Positions 42,601 to 54,551 of a DNA stretch of 64,000 bases are shown here, piece by piece. The notes below the pieces were generated by a model. The model saw only the letters and a program-made list of their open reading frames with translations. It made no database searches and had not been told where the DNA came from. A program made the position numbers and the translations under genes. The stretch is from Oopsacas minuta (lineage: Eukaryota; Animalia; Porifera), in assembly GCA_024704765.1 (NCBI GenBank), contig JAKMXF010000210.1, positions 186,001-250,000 on the forward strand, read 5' to 3'. Each line of letters starts with the position of its first letter. Position 1 is the stretch's first letter.

Positions 42601-44842
42601 ATACCCATTTCTCCTGCGAAAGATAACACTTCATGTGGATAACTTGAAGATAGTGTACTCGGGTGTGTAGTAGGTCTAGCTAGGAACCTAGGTAGAGAAA
42701 CAGTATGAGACAACTGAGGATAAAAAGGTAGACTTGAAGCAGTGCTGTTACTAAAATTAGAAGCAAATGAGAAGGACTCTGCAATCTCTGGTGTGTTTAA
42801 CGGTGGGATCTGTGAATTGCTTGGAGAAGTAGAGGGAGATATTCTAAGAGGAGTTTGTGAGAATGTCTCCCATAATCCTGGCAATTCAGATTTATCCTTC
42901 CAAAGCTTAAAAAGTATAAATACATAAGGCCAGTGTTAATGAAAATTTGTTTGCTCCAGAAGAGAGAAAAATAAATAAATAAATAAACAATAAAATACCT
43001 GTGTGTCATACAATCTCATATAAGTTAACATATCCACATTGTTAGGCTTCTTATCTATCCAATTATCGTTAGATACCCTCCTTAGAGGGTTCCTACTCCC
43101 TCTCTGCTTCATCTCAAGTTCTCCTCTCCTGTCTCTGAACGGACTGATTACGTCATCAGGTATCTTAAGCACAGGATCAAAATACTTTGAATTATCTCTT
43201 CGTATATCTGTAGTCATATCTTCACCTAATTTATAATTGAAAGGTATAAATTATTGCTCATAAATATTTCTAACAAATACCTAGATAGCTAAAGTTAAGC
43301 CAGTGTGCAGCTACATGATATTTGGGCATAGCTGTAGCATCTGCTGTATTGTCATGATATATGAACAGAGGTACAGCATGTAATGGCTGTCTGGTAAGGA
43401 ATATTATATCTGTTCCTATTCCATAGTCTAACATTCTGGATTCTGTTATTTCTATTAGTTCTTGAGTATTCTCAAAAACACCTAAGAAATGGTTATAAAC
43501 TCTCTAAGTACAGTACGTATAACTATAAGATCTCTACCTTGACTGGGGGTAATCATTGCGAACTGTTGTCCAGTTCTATCCAGTATACGATCATGATAGT
43601 GCTGTTCAAATATATTCAGAGTAAGGTTAATCGCTTCTAAGAAATTCCCAAATCGAGCAAGAGAGTTGTAACACTGAGGCATAGCAGGATCTGGATCTGT
43701 AAGTCCTATTTTACGTTTGTATTGAAAGAACTCTCTCTTGAGTGTAGAGATTATGCTAGACCAATCTGATCGTATCTCATCTTGTATAATTACCTATGAA
43801 AATACATTGAGTGATAAAACTCGTTAGTTTTCACTATAAAATATTTGATCATATTTTTTAGAGAGTGGCAATATATACCTTATAAAAATCTTGATAGAAG
43901 GTTCCGTTATCCAATCTCTGTACTGAATTACCTCTAATGATTTCTTCAGGGAAATGATTCCAGCTATCAGATAGATACAGTGTACGACTAAAATACACTA
44001 CAGTTAACTCGTGATGACATTTGTTCTGTTGCCAATTAGAACAGAGAGGCCGAATAAATTTCTTGAGTGCTCTCTCAAAGTATATATCCCCCAGTTCATC
44101 AAACTCCCACATCTCTGCACTCAGCTGTATGAATAGGAATATTTGAGCTGAAGATGATCTGAATACGACACGAGTATTCGTGCTAATTCTTCCACTGTTA
44201 ACTTTCCTAATAATAAAGAAATATATAAACCTTCTAAAATAGTAATATATTAAATATCTAACTTGGTATCATCATATAGCTGCAAGACATGTGCCTTAAT
44301 TCCATTCTGTTCCATAACTTGTTCTAGATAGAGACATGAGTTGACAAGCTTGTCAGAAAAGTGCCAGTAATCACTCCTACTAATATAATCATCTCTAAAT
44401 CCAAACTCCACTAGAGTTAGAGGTCTCGCATTAGCAGTGAGCTCAGTTATAAATACTTCTTCCATATTCTTGAATCCAAATCTCTCAGCTAAATCTCCTC
44501 TCAAACTAACTTGTTTGCGAAAGTTTTTCATTTTCCAATGCACCTAAAATATCGCACTAGATGTTCAATAAAATCGATTATTTCAAAATCAAGATGACTT
44601 ACACTAGCTTTTAGTATAAGCTCGTTTGTTTCTTTGTCTTCAATCTTTTCAGAATCATTCAGATTCAATCTCTGACTTATAAGGACCATTGTATCGTCAG
44701 CTAGTCCCAGATCCTGTGTGACCAACAGCTCTGGAGGAGACACAATTTCCTCCCCTTCATTGCTTGCAAAACTATCCTCTGTTTGTGCGTGTATTCGTAG
44801 TTTCAATTTTCTCTCTGTTTGACTATCTCTATATGACGTCAT
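39615..44842 (-). CDS. DEPDC5: GATOR1 subunit DEPDC5/Iml1 (multi-exon)
   Basis: LVEFGFRDDYISRSDYW, RVVFRSSSAQIFLFIQLSAEMWEFDELGDIYFERA, HHELTVVYFSR, NFLEAINL; C-terminal GFLWWNNFLL...FCSG; many short introns. Confidence 0.88.
41201..41318. mobile_element. Complete 118-bp pogo/Tigger-like MITE in a DEPDC5 intron
   Basis: Left TACAGTCAATTCCCGTTATATCGA; reverse complement of the right end TACAGCCAACGCCCGATATGGCGG; 17/24 identical; TA at both ends. Confidence 0.75.
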
Positions 44843-44986
44843 AACGAGGCAGCCTCAAACTTACATGCTATGAAGTATAAAAAGAATTTCCATTACAAAT
44901 AGTTAATAATATTACATACGAATCCATAATATAATCAAAAGAAATAACAATCTACAATTAGTTAACTATCGTATTATTCGCTAAAG

Positions 44987-46083
44987 CTATTTTTCATATT
45001 TGTAGAATCCTTCCCCACTTTTCATGCCAAGTTTTCCTTCTGAAACTTTCTGACTTAACATTGGGATTGGTTTGAAAAGAGGATTGTCAGGGAATTTCTT
45101 GTTCCACCCATCCAAAATAAATTTCATGGTATCTAGTCCTACATAATCAGAAAGCTCAAACGGTCCCATGGGGTATCCCGCTCCTAGTTTCATAGCTACA
45201 TCAATGTCTCTATCGGATGCATCTCCTCTCTCTAGCATACGAACCGCTTCTGCCATATACGGGACTAAAAGTCTATTCACTACAAAACCTGGAGTATCTT
45301 TACAGTCTACAGTCGTCTTACCTACAAAATCACATGTAAAATGACGTCATTAATTTCTGATGCAATGATCAATTAACTGGAGATTGGTCATATGGAAAAT
45401 TTCGTTATTAATATCACTGACCAAATTTCCGATATACATATCATACCTAAAGCTCTTCCAAATGCACATAGAGACATATGTGTAAGAGCACTAGTGAGAT
45501 CAGTACGTACAACTTCAACTAGCTTCATCATAGGAACAGGATTGAAGAAATGGAGACCTCCGAATTTGTCCTTCCTATTAGTAGCCTCTGCTATCTCTGT
45601 TATGGACAGAGAAGATGTGTTACTAGCGAATATAGTATCAGCACGAGCTACTCGATCTAACCCAGAGAATAACTTCTGTTTCACATCAATATCCTCCATA
45701 ATAGCCTCTATAATAAGATCACAGTCTGCACTAGCTTTCTCGTGATCTAAAGTGTATTTAATACGAGAGAGTGTATTATCTAAAAAACATCTCCCTCCTT
45801 CTTGATCATCTGAATATTTCTTCTTTGTAACTCTCTCTAAGCTCTTACGTATTCTTACTGAACATCTGTCTAGTAATTCATTGTCTCGGTCCACCAGAGT
45901 AACATTGTGTCCTGTAGCTGCTGCTACCTGGACAATACCAGATCCCATTAATCCCCCTCCAATGACTGTCACGGTCTTAATCTCACGATGTGTATCTTTA
46001 CTATAACCACGATTATTAAGAGCATGTGCACGAAATATGACGCTTCTCATTCCATAGGGCAATAATATTTTTATTAATGCCAT
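44987..46083 (-). CDS. HADH: Short-chain 3-hydroxyacyl-CoA dehydrogenase (2 exons)
   Basis: [65 protein letters not shown]. Confidence 0.95.
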
Positions 46084-46576
46084 GGATAAGTTAATGATGA
46101 AATGAGCTAAATGAATCCAATAATTTTAGCGTGATAATAACCAATTGTATCAAAACTCATATGAGCTATGAGATCCTTAAATCTATTTGTCCGATTTTGA
46201 AAAAGTATTTTGAGAATTATCAAATTTGTCTAGTTGGTCAAATGTATATAATAATGCTGTTTCTTAATAGATATCAGAATTATATGTAACAAAATTTTGA
46301 AAACCGATGCCCAGAGAGCTGAAACCCAGATAAATAAGTTATCCTAATAGATGAAGAATAGAAGAAGAAAGAAAACGTGAATTCACAAATTTCTAGCAAT
46401 AATGTTCGAAAACGAAAAATAACAATAATATTAATAAGAAGAAAATGTTATCATAAATTGAATCTAGAAATGAATACTGAATTAGAGCTAGTGATTACTG
46501 TATTTGAAAGGAAACTAAATTGCTGATAAGTGAGATAATTCCAAAGTTACTAAATAACTAAGAAGGAATCAATAAG

Positions 46577-48003
46577 CTATAGCTTTAATTTCTTCGGTTG
46601 TTCCCAAGAAAATTCCTCGCGTCCGAAGTGACCATAACAGGCAGTTTTCTGGAAAATAGGTTTCCTCAAATCTAGATCCTTGATTATAGCACCAGGACGA
46701 AGGTCAAAATTATCCTTAATAATTTTTAACAGTTCATTATTGGACTTATCACTGGAGCCGTAGGTATCAATGCTAATACCCAATGGCTCAGCTATACCAA
46801 TAGCGTATGAGAGTTGTACGAGACAGCGTTTGCAGAGACCTGCGTGTACCATGGATTTAGCTACCCATCGTGCTGCATATGCTCCAGATCTATCCACCTA
46901 CATTAAGTTTATACATGATTTTTAGGGATTAATTAGAATTTTGTTACACAAACCTTTGAGCAGTCTTTCCCTGAGAAAGCACCTCCTCCATGAGCACCCC
47001 AGCCTCCATATGTATCTACTATAATCTTCCTACCCGTGAGACCAGCATCTCCTTGAGGACCTCCTATCACAAACTTACCAGACGGCTGCATATGAAATAT
47101 AGTTTTATCGTCTACCAGTTCTTTAGGAATGATAAGATCACATACTTGTTCTCTCAGCTGTTTTCTCAGCTCCTGTATCATGATATCAGCTGAGTGTTGT
47201 ACAGAAATTACAACTGTGTGGATTCTAATAGGTGTAAACACATTACCCTTCTTCTTGTACTCAATGGTTACCTAACAGATAATATTGTAATTAAAAAATC
47301 GGAAGTTGATATGTAAACTCGTTTTGTATAATTAAAAGTCTTACTTGAGATTTTGAATCCGGTCTTATCCAAGCTAACTCTCCACTCCTCCTCGCATCAG
47401 CCATCCTCCTATTTAGTCTATGAGCTAGCGTAATTGTTAGAGGCATTTTCTCTTCAGTCTCATCAGTAGCATAACCGAACATTAGCCCTGTGAAGGAAAA
47501 GATAACTCATAAGATACACACAAGTAGTTCAAGCATATATATATCTATATATATATCTATATCTAGCATACCTTGGTCTCCTGCACCTAGATCTAAGTCA
47601 TCTCTATCCACATGTACTCCTTGTGCAATATCAGAGCTCTGTTGCTCTACTGATATCAAAATGTTACAGGTTTTGTAGTCAAATCCTTTGTTAGAGTCAT
47701 CATAACCGATCTGCTTGATTACGTCACGACAGAGTTGAGAGTAATTTATATGTGCTAAAAGGAAATTATAATAAACATCGGTGCCATATTTATTTGTTGT
47801 TGTTTACCTTTCGTGGTTATCTCACCGAAAACCATTATCATGCCTGTCTTAGCAGCAGACTCACATGCTACCTTGCTATTAGGATCTTGTCTGAGACACT
47901 CATCTAGCACAGCATCTGAAATCTGGTCACATATTTTATCAGGATGACCTTCTCCTACTGATTCAGAGGTGAATAGGAATGTTTCCTCAGTTTCTCCAGA
48001 CAT
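46577..48003 (-). CDS. MAT: S-adenosylmethionine synthase (5 exons)
   Basis: [63 protein letters not shown]. Confidence 0.96.
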
Positions 48004-48255
48004 AATATAGTTGATTCTAGGTGAGAGGAAGCTACAATCTGGTAAAATATATCAGATCGCATGTTCGCCCTTTTATAGATTCGCTATGCATACGGATAGT
48101 CGTGTTAATGAACACAAAGCGTGAAATTCCATCGAATAACGATGAGACTCCAAAATGATGACTGTGCAAAATAACATTAGATTATCATGTAACAATAATG
48201 GTTTACTAGGAACAGCTAATAGGCAATAGCATCTATCATAATCAGAGGATAATTA

Positions 48256-48914
48256 TCAAAGTTTATGCATGAGTAGCCCTGTATCAGGACAAGGGTCTTT
48301 GATAAGAGCCTGTACTTCTTTGAATGATGGATGTTTGGAGCTCATTAGAAGTTCAAATAGCACAGATTCACAGGTTGTTATAAAGGCACCACTATTCTTC
48401 ATTCTCTCAATTGCGATTGCTCTGTCTACTAGCCCACGGCTTGACACACAATCTGCGATTATATGGACCTCATAGCCTATGGAAGTAGATAATTACGTAA
48501 TTCAGTTTCTATTTGTTTTATCATTAATTAATTACCATTTGCTAATAGATCAAGACAAGTTTGCTGGACACAAACTTGTGTTTCTATTCCAAACAAAACA
48601 ATAGTTTTAGCTTCAGGTCGTTTTTCCAGTTTTTCCTGTACGTTAGGAATGAACATTGAGAATTTAGTTTTTTCAAAAACACTAGCTTTACTGATATCTA
48701 TCTCGCTGCAGGTGTTACCTAGAGCTTTGGGGTATTGCTCAGTACATATGACTGGGATATTCAATATGTTAGCTGCTTGTACAAGGCGAGATGCGATATT
48801 CAGGATCTCAGGATAGTAGCGAATGGTAGGACGAAATTTCTCTTGCATGTCACAAAGGAAAAACCATGATCTGTCTGAAACAATACGACCAACTTTCTGG
48901 AGAATTGCTGCCAT
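48256..48914 (-). CDS. Isochorismatase domain-containing protein (ISOC1/2 family, 2 exons)
   Basis: FLCDMQEKFRP, TEQYPKALG, KTKFSM, LFGIETQVCVQQT, VSSR..VDR..A..RM, CESVLFEL. Confidence 0.92.
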
Positions 48915-49242
48915 TATTATTAGCTAGGTTATTCGTAATCAACGGTCAGATTTATTATTACATCACAGACTCAATTAAACATCAACTGTTACGAAATGTT
49001 ACAATAGATTTTTATGTTGGTGATGAGAAATGTAATAGAAAATTATAACATGTAAATTATATGTCCCTTTCATTAAATAAGATCAAATTGGGGATGTATA
49101 ATTACTAAAATATACACACAATATATAAATAATAATAATATATTAATAATATCTTATACAGATAACAAAATAATAGCTAAGTGAAATATATTCATTATCC
49201 TAATAATGAAATACGTAGTATGTAAGATATTTATTGTGGTTA

Positions 49243-50619
49243 CTAGAGATTCTTGCCGATAGCATAAACCTGGTAGCCAATTTCTTCAAGGTTCTTGTGA
49301 TCAAGAATATTCCTGCCGTCAAATACGAAAGCTGGTTTGCGCATTGTTTCGAATATCCTCTTGTAGTCTAGGGATTTGAACTCGTCCCATTCGGTGCATA
49401 AAGCAATCGCGTGACAATTTTTAAGCGCTAGATAAGGGTCTGTATATACTGAAACCAGTTCATCAGCTAGTTCTGATTCTTTCCTTATATCAGAAAGGAT
49501 ACGTTCCTCTTCAGCACGTGGATCATATATATGCAAGAGAGCGTGATCAGCTAGTAGATAAGATGATATATAAATTGATGCGGATTCACGTGTATCAGAT
49601 GTACCTTTCTTAAATGTAAACCCGAGTATCCCTATAGATTTACCAGCTACCGAACTGAACATTCTTTCAATTATAGAACTTGCGAATCTCTTACACTGAT
49701 ACTCATTCATCTTCAATACTTGTAGCCAATATTCGGCTACTTCTGTTAAGTTAAGAGAATAGCAAATGTATGCCAGATTCAAGATATCCTTCTTGAAGCA
49801 TGATCCACCGAATCCTATACTCGGCATTAAATATTTCGTCCCAATTCTACTATCTGTACCAATTCCAAGCAAAACCTCGATAACATCTGCTCCTGAGTTC
49901 TCACATATAGCAGATATACTGTTTATACTGGAAACTCTCTGTGCAAGAAAGGCATTAGTAGCTAGCTTGGATAGCTCACTACTAAACGCATTCATACCAA
50001 TAATTCGATCCTCAGGAACCCAGTGTTTGTAGATGTTATAGAGTTTGCCAATAGCTTCTAGACCTCCTGGTGTTTGAGGTCCTCCTATAAGAACACGATC
50101 AGGTTTCTCTAAATTGTGAATAGCAGTTCCCTCTGAGAGAAACTCAGGGTTGGAGAGGATAATGAATTCAATATTTGGCTTAGAATTAGCTTTTAAAATA
50201 TGAAGTATGTGATCTGCAGTACCAAGAGGTACTGTGCTCTTTTCTATGATAATTTTATTTGATTCAGCTGCTGAGGCTATAGATCTTGCAGCTGATTCAA
50301 TATATCTCATATCACTACCTCCTCCCTTTCCTAGCCCATATTCCCTTGTGGGAGTATTTACACAGATAAGTATCAATTCAGCTTTTTGTATACCAGCTCT
50401 GATATCAGTGCTGAAGAACAGATTCTTGCCTTTACATTCAGTGATGAGTTCTTTCAAGCCTGGCTCATAAAAAGGCATTATGCCTGCGTTCCAATTCTTA
50501 ATCCGCTCTTCATCTATATCGAGTGCTGTTACTGTTATATCTGGACAGTGTTTTGCTATCACAGAACATGTTGGTACCCCTACATAACCTGCACCTATAC
50601 ATGCAATATCTGTTACCAT
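49243..50619 (-). CDS. UGDH: UDP-glucose 6-dehydrogenase (intronless)
   Basis: CIGAGYVG, ICVNTPT, EKSTVP, SNPEFLSEG, SELSKLATNAFLAQRVSS, GFGGSCFKKD, FKKGTSDTRES, FDGRN. Confidence 0.96.
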   Translation of the reverse strand: MVTDIACIGAGYVGVPTCSVIAKHCPDITVTALDIDEERIKNWNAGIMPFYEPGLKELITECKGKNLFFSTDIRAGIQKAELILICVNTPTREYGLGKGGGSDMRYIESAARSIASAAESNKIIIEKSTVPLGTADHILHILKANSKPNIEFIILSNPEFLSEGTAIHNLEKPDRVLIGGPQTPGGLEAIGKLYNIYKHWVPEDRIIGMNAFSSELSKLATNAFLAQRVSSINSISAICENSGADVIEVLLGIGTDSRIGTKYLMPSIGFGGSCFKKDILNLAYICYSLNLTEVAEYWLQVLKMNEYQCKRFASSIIERMFSSVAGKSIGILGFTFKKGTSDTRESASIYISSYLLADHALLHIYDPRAEEERILSDIRKESELADELVSVYTDPYLALKNCHAIALCTEWDEFKSLDYKRIFETMRKPAFVFDGRNILDHKNLEEIGYQVYAIGKNL

Positions 50620-50904
50620 TAGCTAAATATATATATATATATTTCTATTCCCCAAAAAGGATAAAAGTGGATAATTGAAATGATTTTTAAAATTATGAAA
50701 TGTTAGCATATAATATCTTATTGATTTGTTAAATATTATCAGAATTCTCAAAGATATTACTTAATGCAAGTAAGGATATTATTATAGAAGTTTATATGCT
50801 AAGACACAAGCCTATGGGAAATTTTCGAACAATTTTAAGCAGAAGGAGTATCAAATGATACTGGTACAGTAGGTATATAATAAAGGAAAGTTGGAAAAAT
50901 AATA

Positions 50905-53900
50905 ATGAAAAGGTATCAATTTACTAACAAAATGGCAGATTTGAAAATTCAAAGAAGAGGGCAATGGAAAAGAGACAGTAAAACACAGGTGGAAGAAACA
51001 ATGGTAACAGATTGCTTCAATGAAAAAGAAATAAAAACTCTGCGAAAAACGCGAGAAAAGACGCAAATAGAGAAAGCTCCTCATATACAAGAACTCATTT
51101 ACCAAGTTCTAGAGCAGAGCGATGAGCTTCAGATTTCAGAAGACCAGGTCTTCTTCGAGGCAAGAGGTAGGGAGAAGCATGACAGTTTCAAAATATACTT
51201 GGGAAGCGATGTAACTTTGCAAGATAAGGAAGATCTTTATACTATAGGAATTCTGAGCGAAATGGAGGATAAAAGCAGTATTACGAAAGATAGGTCCATG
51301 ACGTTAGAAAATGAGAAACATCACCCTCAATGGAAAGAAAAAGACAGAAGATATTCCAAACCAGAAGGAGTGCCGGAATTAAACCATAAACAGTATCACA
51401 ACCAACTAGAAATACTCTCACAAATACTGGAGGTATCTGAAAAAGATGAGAGGCAATGGAGGGGGAAAATATCCACGAATAGAACAGATGTTTGTGTGCA
51501 GATACATGAAGGGAAAGTGAATGGAGAGTTAACTTTATGCTACCAGAGATATTTCTGCAGAATGGGGTTAGCATTAATTAGGGATGAGAAAACTAAATCA
51601 AAATTGGACGGTTTATGCAATAATGTGAAAACAACAAACATAACAGAGGGCAGAAACGCGCCTAAGTGGGATGAATTAATTCAGTTGGCATCAGATAAGG
51701 AAAACTGTTTGCTTGTCGAACTGTGGAATGAATATACAGTTAAGGAATCAAAGAAGAAAGGAAGGCAGCAGTTAAAGCAAGCAAGAGCAAAAATTGGGCA
51801 ATGTGTCATTGAATTGGGTAATCAGAATGTTATCCCTAAAAAGTGTTATCCTATCTATTCGCAGGATGGAAAGATTCAAAGTGGTAATATTACGCTCTCC
51901 ATCGAAATAACAGGACCAAAAGTTATGAGGTACTCTGCTGGTCATAAGTATGCGTTATACAAATTATTCCTTAATGAAGCAGTAGCCTACCACATATCAA
52001 AGTTCATATCGTTCTCATTCAGTACTATGGAACCGTCTATAGAATGTGTTCGTACGAATGTGGCGAATTTGTTAAAGTTGAGCGAATTTGAAAGGAATGC
52101 TGCAGAATGGACTTATGTTAATAGTATTGAGCAAGTTACTGAGTCGAGAGCGAAAATTGAATTTAACCTATTAATTCTGAATTCAAAATGGGACAGTGAA
52201 GCTTTGAAAATGGATCCCATTGAGCGAGAAAAACTCCTGCAGGAGATACACAGATTATATAAAGATAACTTAGATACAATCAATTATATTCTACTAAAAT
52301 TCCCACCAAGAAACGAAAAGGCTCTAACTCAGATAAATCAACTCTTCGGCCTACTCCTCAAACTATTTCTCTTCCTAAAAGACAGAAAAATTATCTCTCA
52401 AACGGAAGAATTTACCAAAGAGATTAAAGGGAAGATTAAAGAGGCAGTTTACTGTTGGTATGGTCGTACCGAAGATAAAGTTGTGAAGAAAGAATCTCTG
52501 CTAACTTACGTCCATACATTAAGCCTATTCTGTCAACACGTCATCAAATTCCTACAAATGCTGAGAAAGTACTATGCAGGAGTAGCAAAACTTGATTTCT
52601 CACAAATCGCGTTAGTTACGATTGATCCTCTATTAGCAGGAGAAGTAGAGTTGTGTATTCAGAAGATCTCTCAAACGCAGGAGAGCGATGAATTAATATT
52701 CTCATTGTTCGGTTTGGATCGTAAAATTAAACTTATCCTCAAAGAGAAATGTCACATGGACGAAAATGAAAAGGAATTACATTTAGATTTCCATCTTGAA
52801 TGGTTTCGAACATTCATGGTAGGTAAGTGGTTGAACATTCTAAGCAAAGTTAGTGTAGAATGTGTTGATAGAGTTATCAAATTCGAAACCAAAATCAGTG
52901 GAGTAGAAAACGAAAAACTATCTTCTTCAGCTTTCGACATTGCTATTTGCCTTTTTCCATGCTATTGTTTTTACGCGAAAATGCAAGAATACCTAGACAC
53001 AGCAGATCGTATACACATTTCGTTTCAGGTAGTGCTACTTATACAAGAAACTCTGATGAGATACGTACAGATTATGGGTGTCAAAATCTCTGATATGGTG
53101 GCTGGAAGTGAAAAGAATGGCTTCAAATTAACGAGAGAAATATGTCAGATTCTCAACAACATCCATTTTGTGAAAGAATACTTAGATGAAGTTCCAAGGA
53201 AGCTTAACTTTAAAAATGAGACTGAGAACAGCATAGCATGTGATAGCAGATATCTCGAGTTGATAAAAGAGGCAGAAGAATGCTTACACAATGAGAAATT
53301 ACGTGTGTTATCAGCTATACTCCCTCATTTCGATACACAGATTAAAAAGTATTGCAAGAGTCTAACCAGTGTTCTGGATACATCTGTAGAAGATGTGATA
53401 GGTGACCTAATGAATTGGTTAATGGAAAATATTCAAATTTCTTCAACACAATTTACTCAAGCAATGTTTAACGAGTTCCTAGAGATACTATGGGTTCAAG
53501 TGTTAGAGAACATTAATGTATCCATTAAAGATGAAAGCCTTTCTAAAACTAGCTACGATTACATATTCAAAGCCATCAATATCCTATACGAGTTTTTTTA
53601 TAACGATGGAGAAGGTCTTCCAATCGAGAAAATCAAAAAGAAACTTTACTTGGACATTCTTAAACAAATTCGACTAGAGATGGTTAGCAGCTATCATCTT
53701 ATGTTGGAATGTGTACAAGAATTCGCGAAAGCTGATGAGAAAAAATATAAATCTTATGGCGGACTTACTTTTAGTATGGTGTACTATGATGATCGTGAAA
53801 TACTTGAAACAACAATTATGTATCTGAAAGATTGTAAGAACCCTTCTTTCACTGGTAAATTCAAACCAATCATTGAATTATCGGTGTTACCAAAATGTCA

Positions 53901-54339
53901 CAATATCGAAGTAACGAGAACAGGATCATTGAATTACTCCAAAGATATCTTCATTAATCAAATTCTTACCATGGCTATTCCAAAACACAAATTCTCAAAT
54001 ACTGTACTGAAAATATCTCTTTTCTATAGAGATATTTTAGGTATTCGGGATGAGTGTTATTCAGGCGCAGTTCATGTTGACGGAGAGAGTATAGGACATT
54101 GTTCTAGCAACCTGAAAGACTTTGTTAACCAAACGGATAAGAAGGTTGGCGGGCTTGTCAAAAGAAATTTCATATATCCTTTCAATGAGGATAATGAGAT
54201 TTTTAAAATTCTACGAAAACGTAAAGATACAATTGCTCAAAGTTTCTTGAAGGAGATGTTAATGGAACAGAAGAAAGAACAATCACTAAATAAATACCAA
54301 TCTGGTGTAGACAGATTCCTTAAAGTAAAATTGTTGTGA
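50905..54339 (+). CDS. Munc13-4/BAIAP3-like C2-MUN-C2 protein, paralog A (intronless)
   Basis: C2A (APKWDELIQL..LLVELW..IGQCVI), long helical MUN with LSSSAFDIAICL, ILNNIHFV and LMNWLMENI, C-terminal C2B. Confidence 0.75.
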   Translation: MKRYQFTNKMADLKIQRRGQWKRDSKTQVEETMVTDCFNEKEIKTLRKTREKTQIEKAPHIQELIYQVLEQSDELQISEDQVFFEARGREKHDSFKIYLGSDVTLQDKEDLYTIGILSEMEDKSSITKDRSMTLENEKHHPQWKEKDRRYSKPEGVPELNHKQYHNQLEILSQILEVSEKDERQWRGKISTNRTDVCVQIHEGKVNGELTLCYQRYFCRMGLALIRDEKTKSKLDGLCNNVKTTNITEGRNAPKWDELIQLASDKENCLLVELWNEYTVKESKKKGRQQLKQARAKIGQCVIELGNQNVIPKKCYPIYSQDGKIQSGNITLSIEITGPKVMRYSAGHKYALYKLFLNEAVAYHISKFISFSFSTMEPSIECVRTNVANLLKLSEFERNAAEWTYVNSIEQVTESRAKIEFNLLILNSKWDSEALKMDPIEREKLLQEIHRLYKDNLDTINYILLKFPPRNEKALTQINQLFGLLLKLFLFLKDRKIISQTEEFTKEIKGKIKEAVYCWYGRTEDKVVKKESLLTYVHTLSLFCQHVIKFLQMLRKYYAGVAKLDFSQIALVTIDPLLAGEVELCIQKISQTQESDELIFSLFGLDRKIKLILKEKCHMDENEKELHLDFHLEWFRTFMVGKWLNILSKVSVECVDRVIKFETKISGVENEKLSSSAFDIAICLFPCYCFYAKMQEYLDTADRIHISFQVVLLIQETLMRYVQIMGVKISDMVAGSEKNGFKLTREICQILNNIHFVKEYLDEVPRKLNFKNETENSIACDSRYLELIKEAEECLHNEKLRVLSAILPHFDTQIKKYCKSLTSVLDTSVEDVIGDLMNWLMENIQISSTQFTQAMFNEFLEILWVQVLENINVSIKDESLSKTSYDYIFKAINILYEFFYNDGEGLPIEKIKKKLYLDILKQIRLEMVSSYHLMLECVQEFAKADEKKYKSYGGLTFSMVYYDDREILETTIMYLKDCKNPSFTGKFKPIIELSVLPKCHNIEVTRTGSLNYSKDIFINQILTMAIPKHKFSNTVLKISLFYRDILGIRDECYSGAVHVDGESIGHCSSNLKDFVNQTDKKVGGLVKRNFIYPFNEDNEIFKILRKRKDTIAQSFLKEMLMEQKKEQSLNKYQSGVDRFLKVKLL

Positions 54340-54551
54340 TTTAATTGTCATTCCCTATTTACTTAGTTAGATTAAATAGAATTAAACTCAAATTACTCAA
54401 TAATAGGCCACAATGTATATGACAACGTCCACAGTGAATTTATAATCAATTTGTGATGGCTTACAGTGGATAGATAGTCTCTATTGTTATTATCAATCAA
54501 GGCTTATTAATACTATTTTTGATTTTATTAAACAAACAAGCTTCCTAAAAA

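Noticed and set aside
32103-50622. Many plus-strand ORFs of 60-150 aa (e.g. 32103, 32622, 34909, 37812, 45392, 49766)
   Set aside because: They are antisense shadows of well-supported minus-strand genes and have no motifs.
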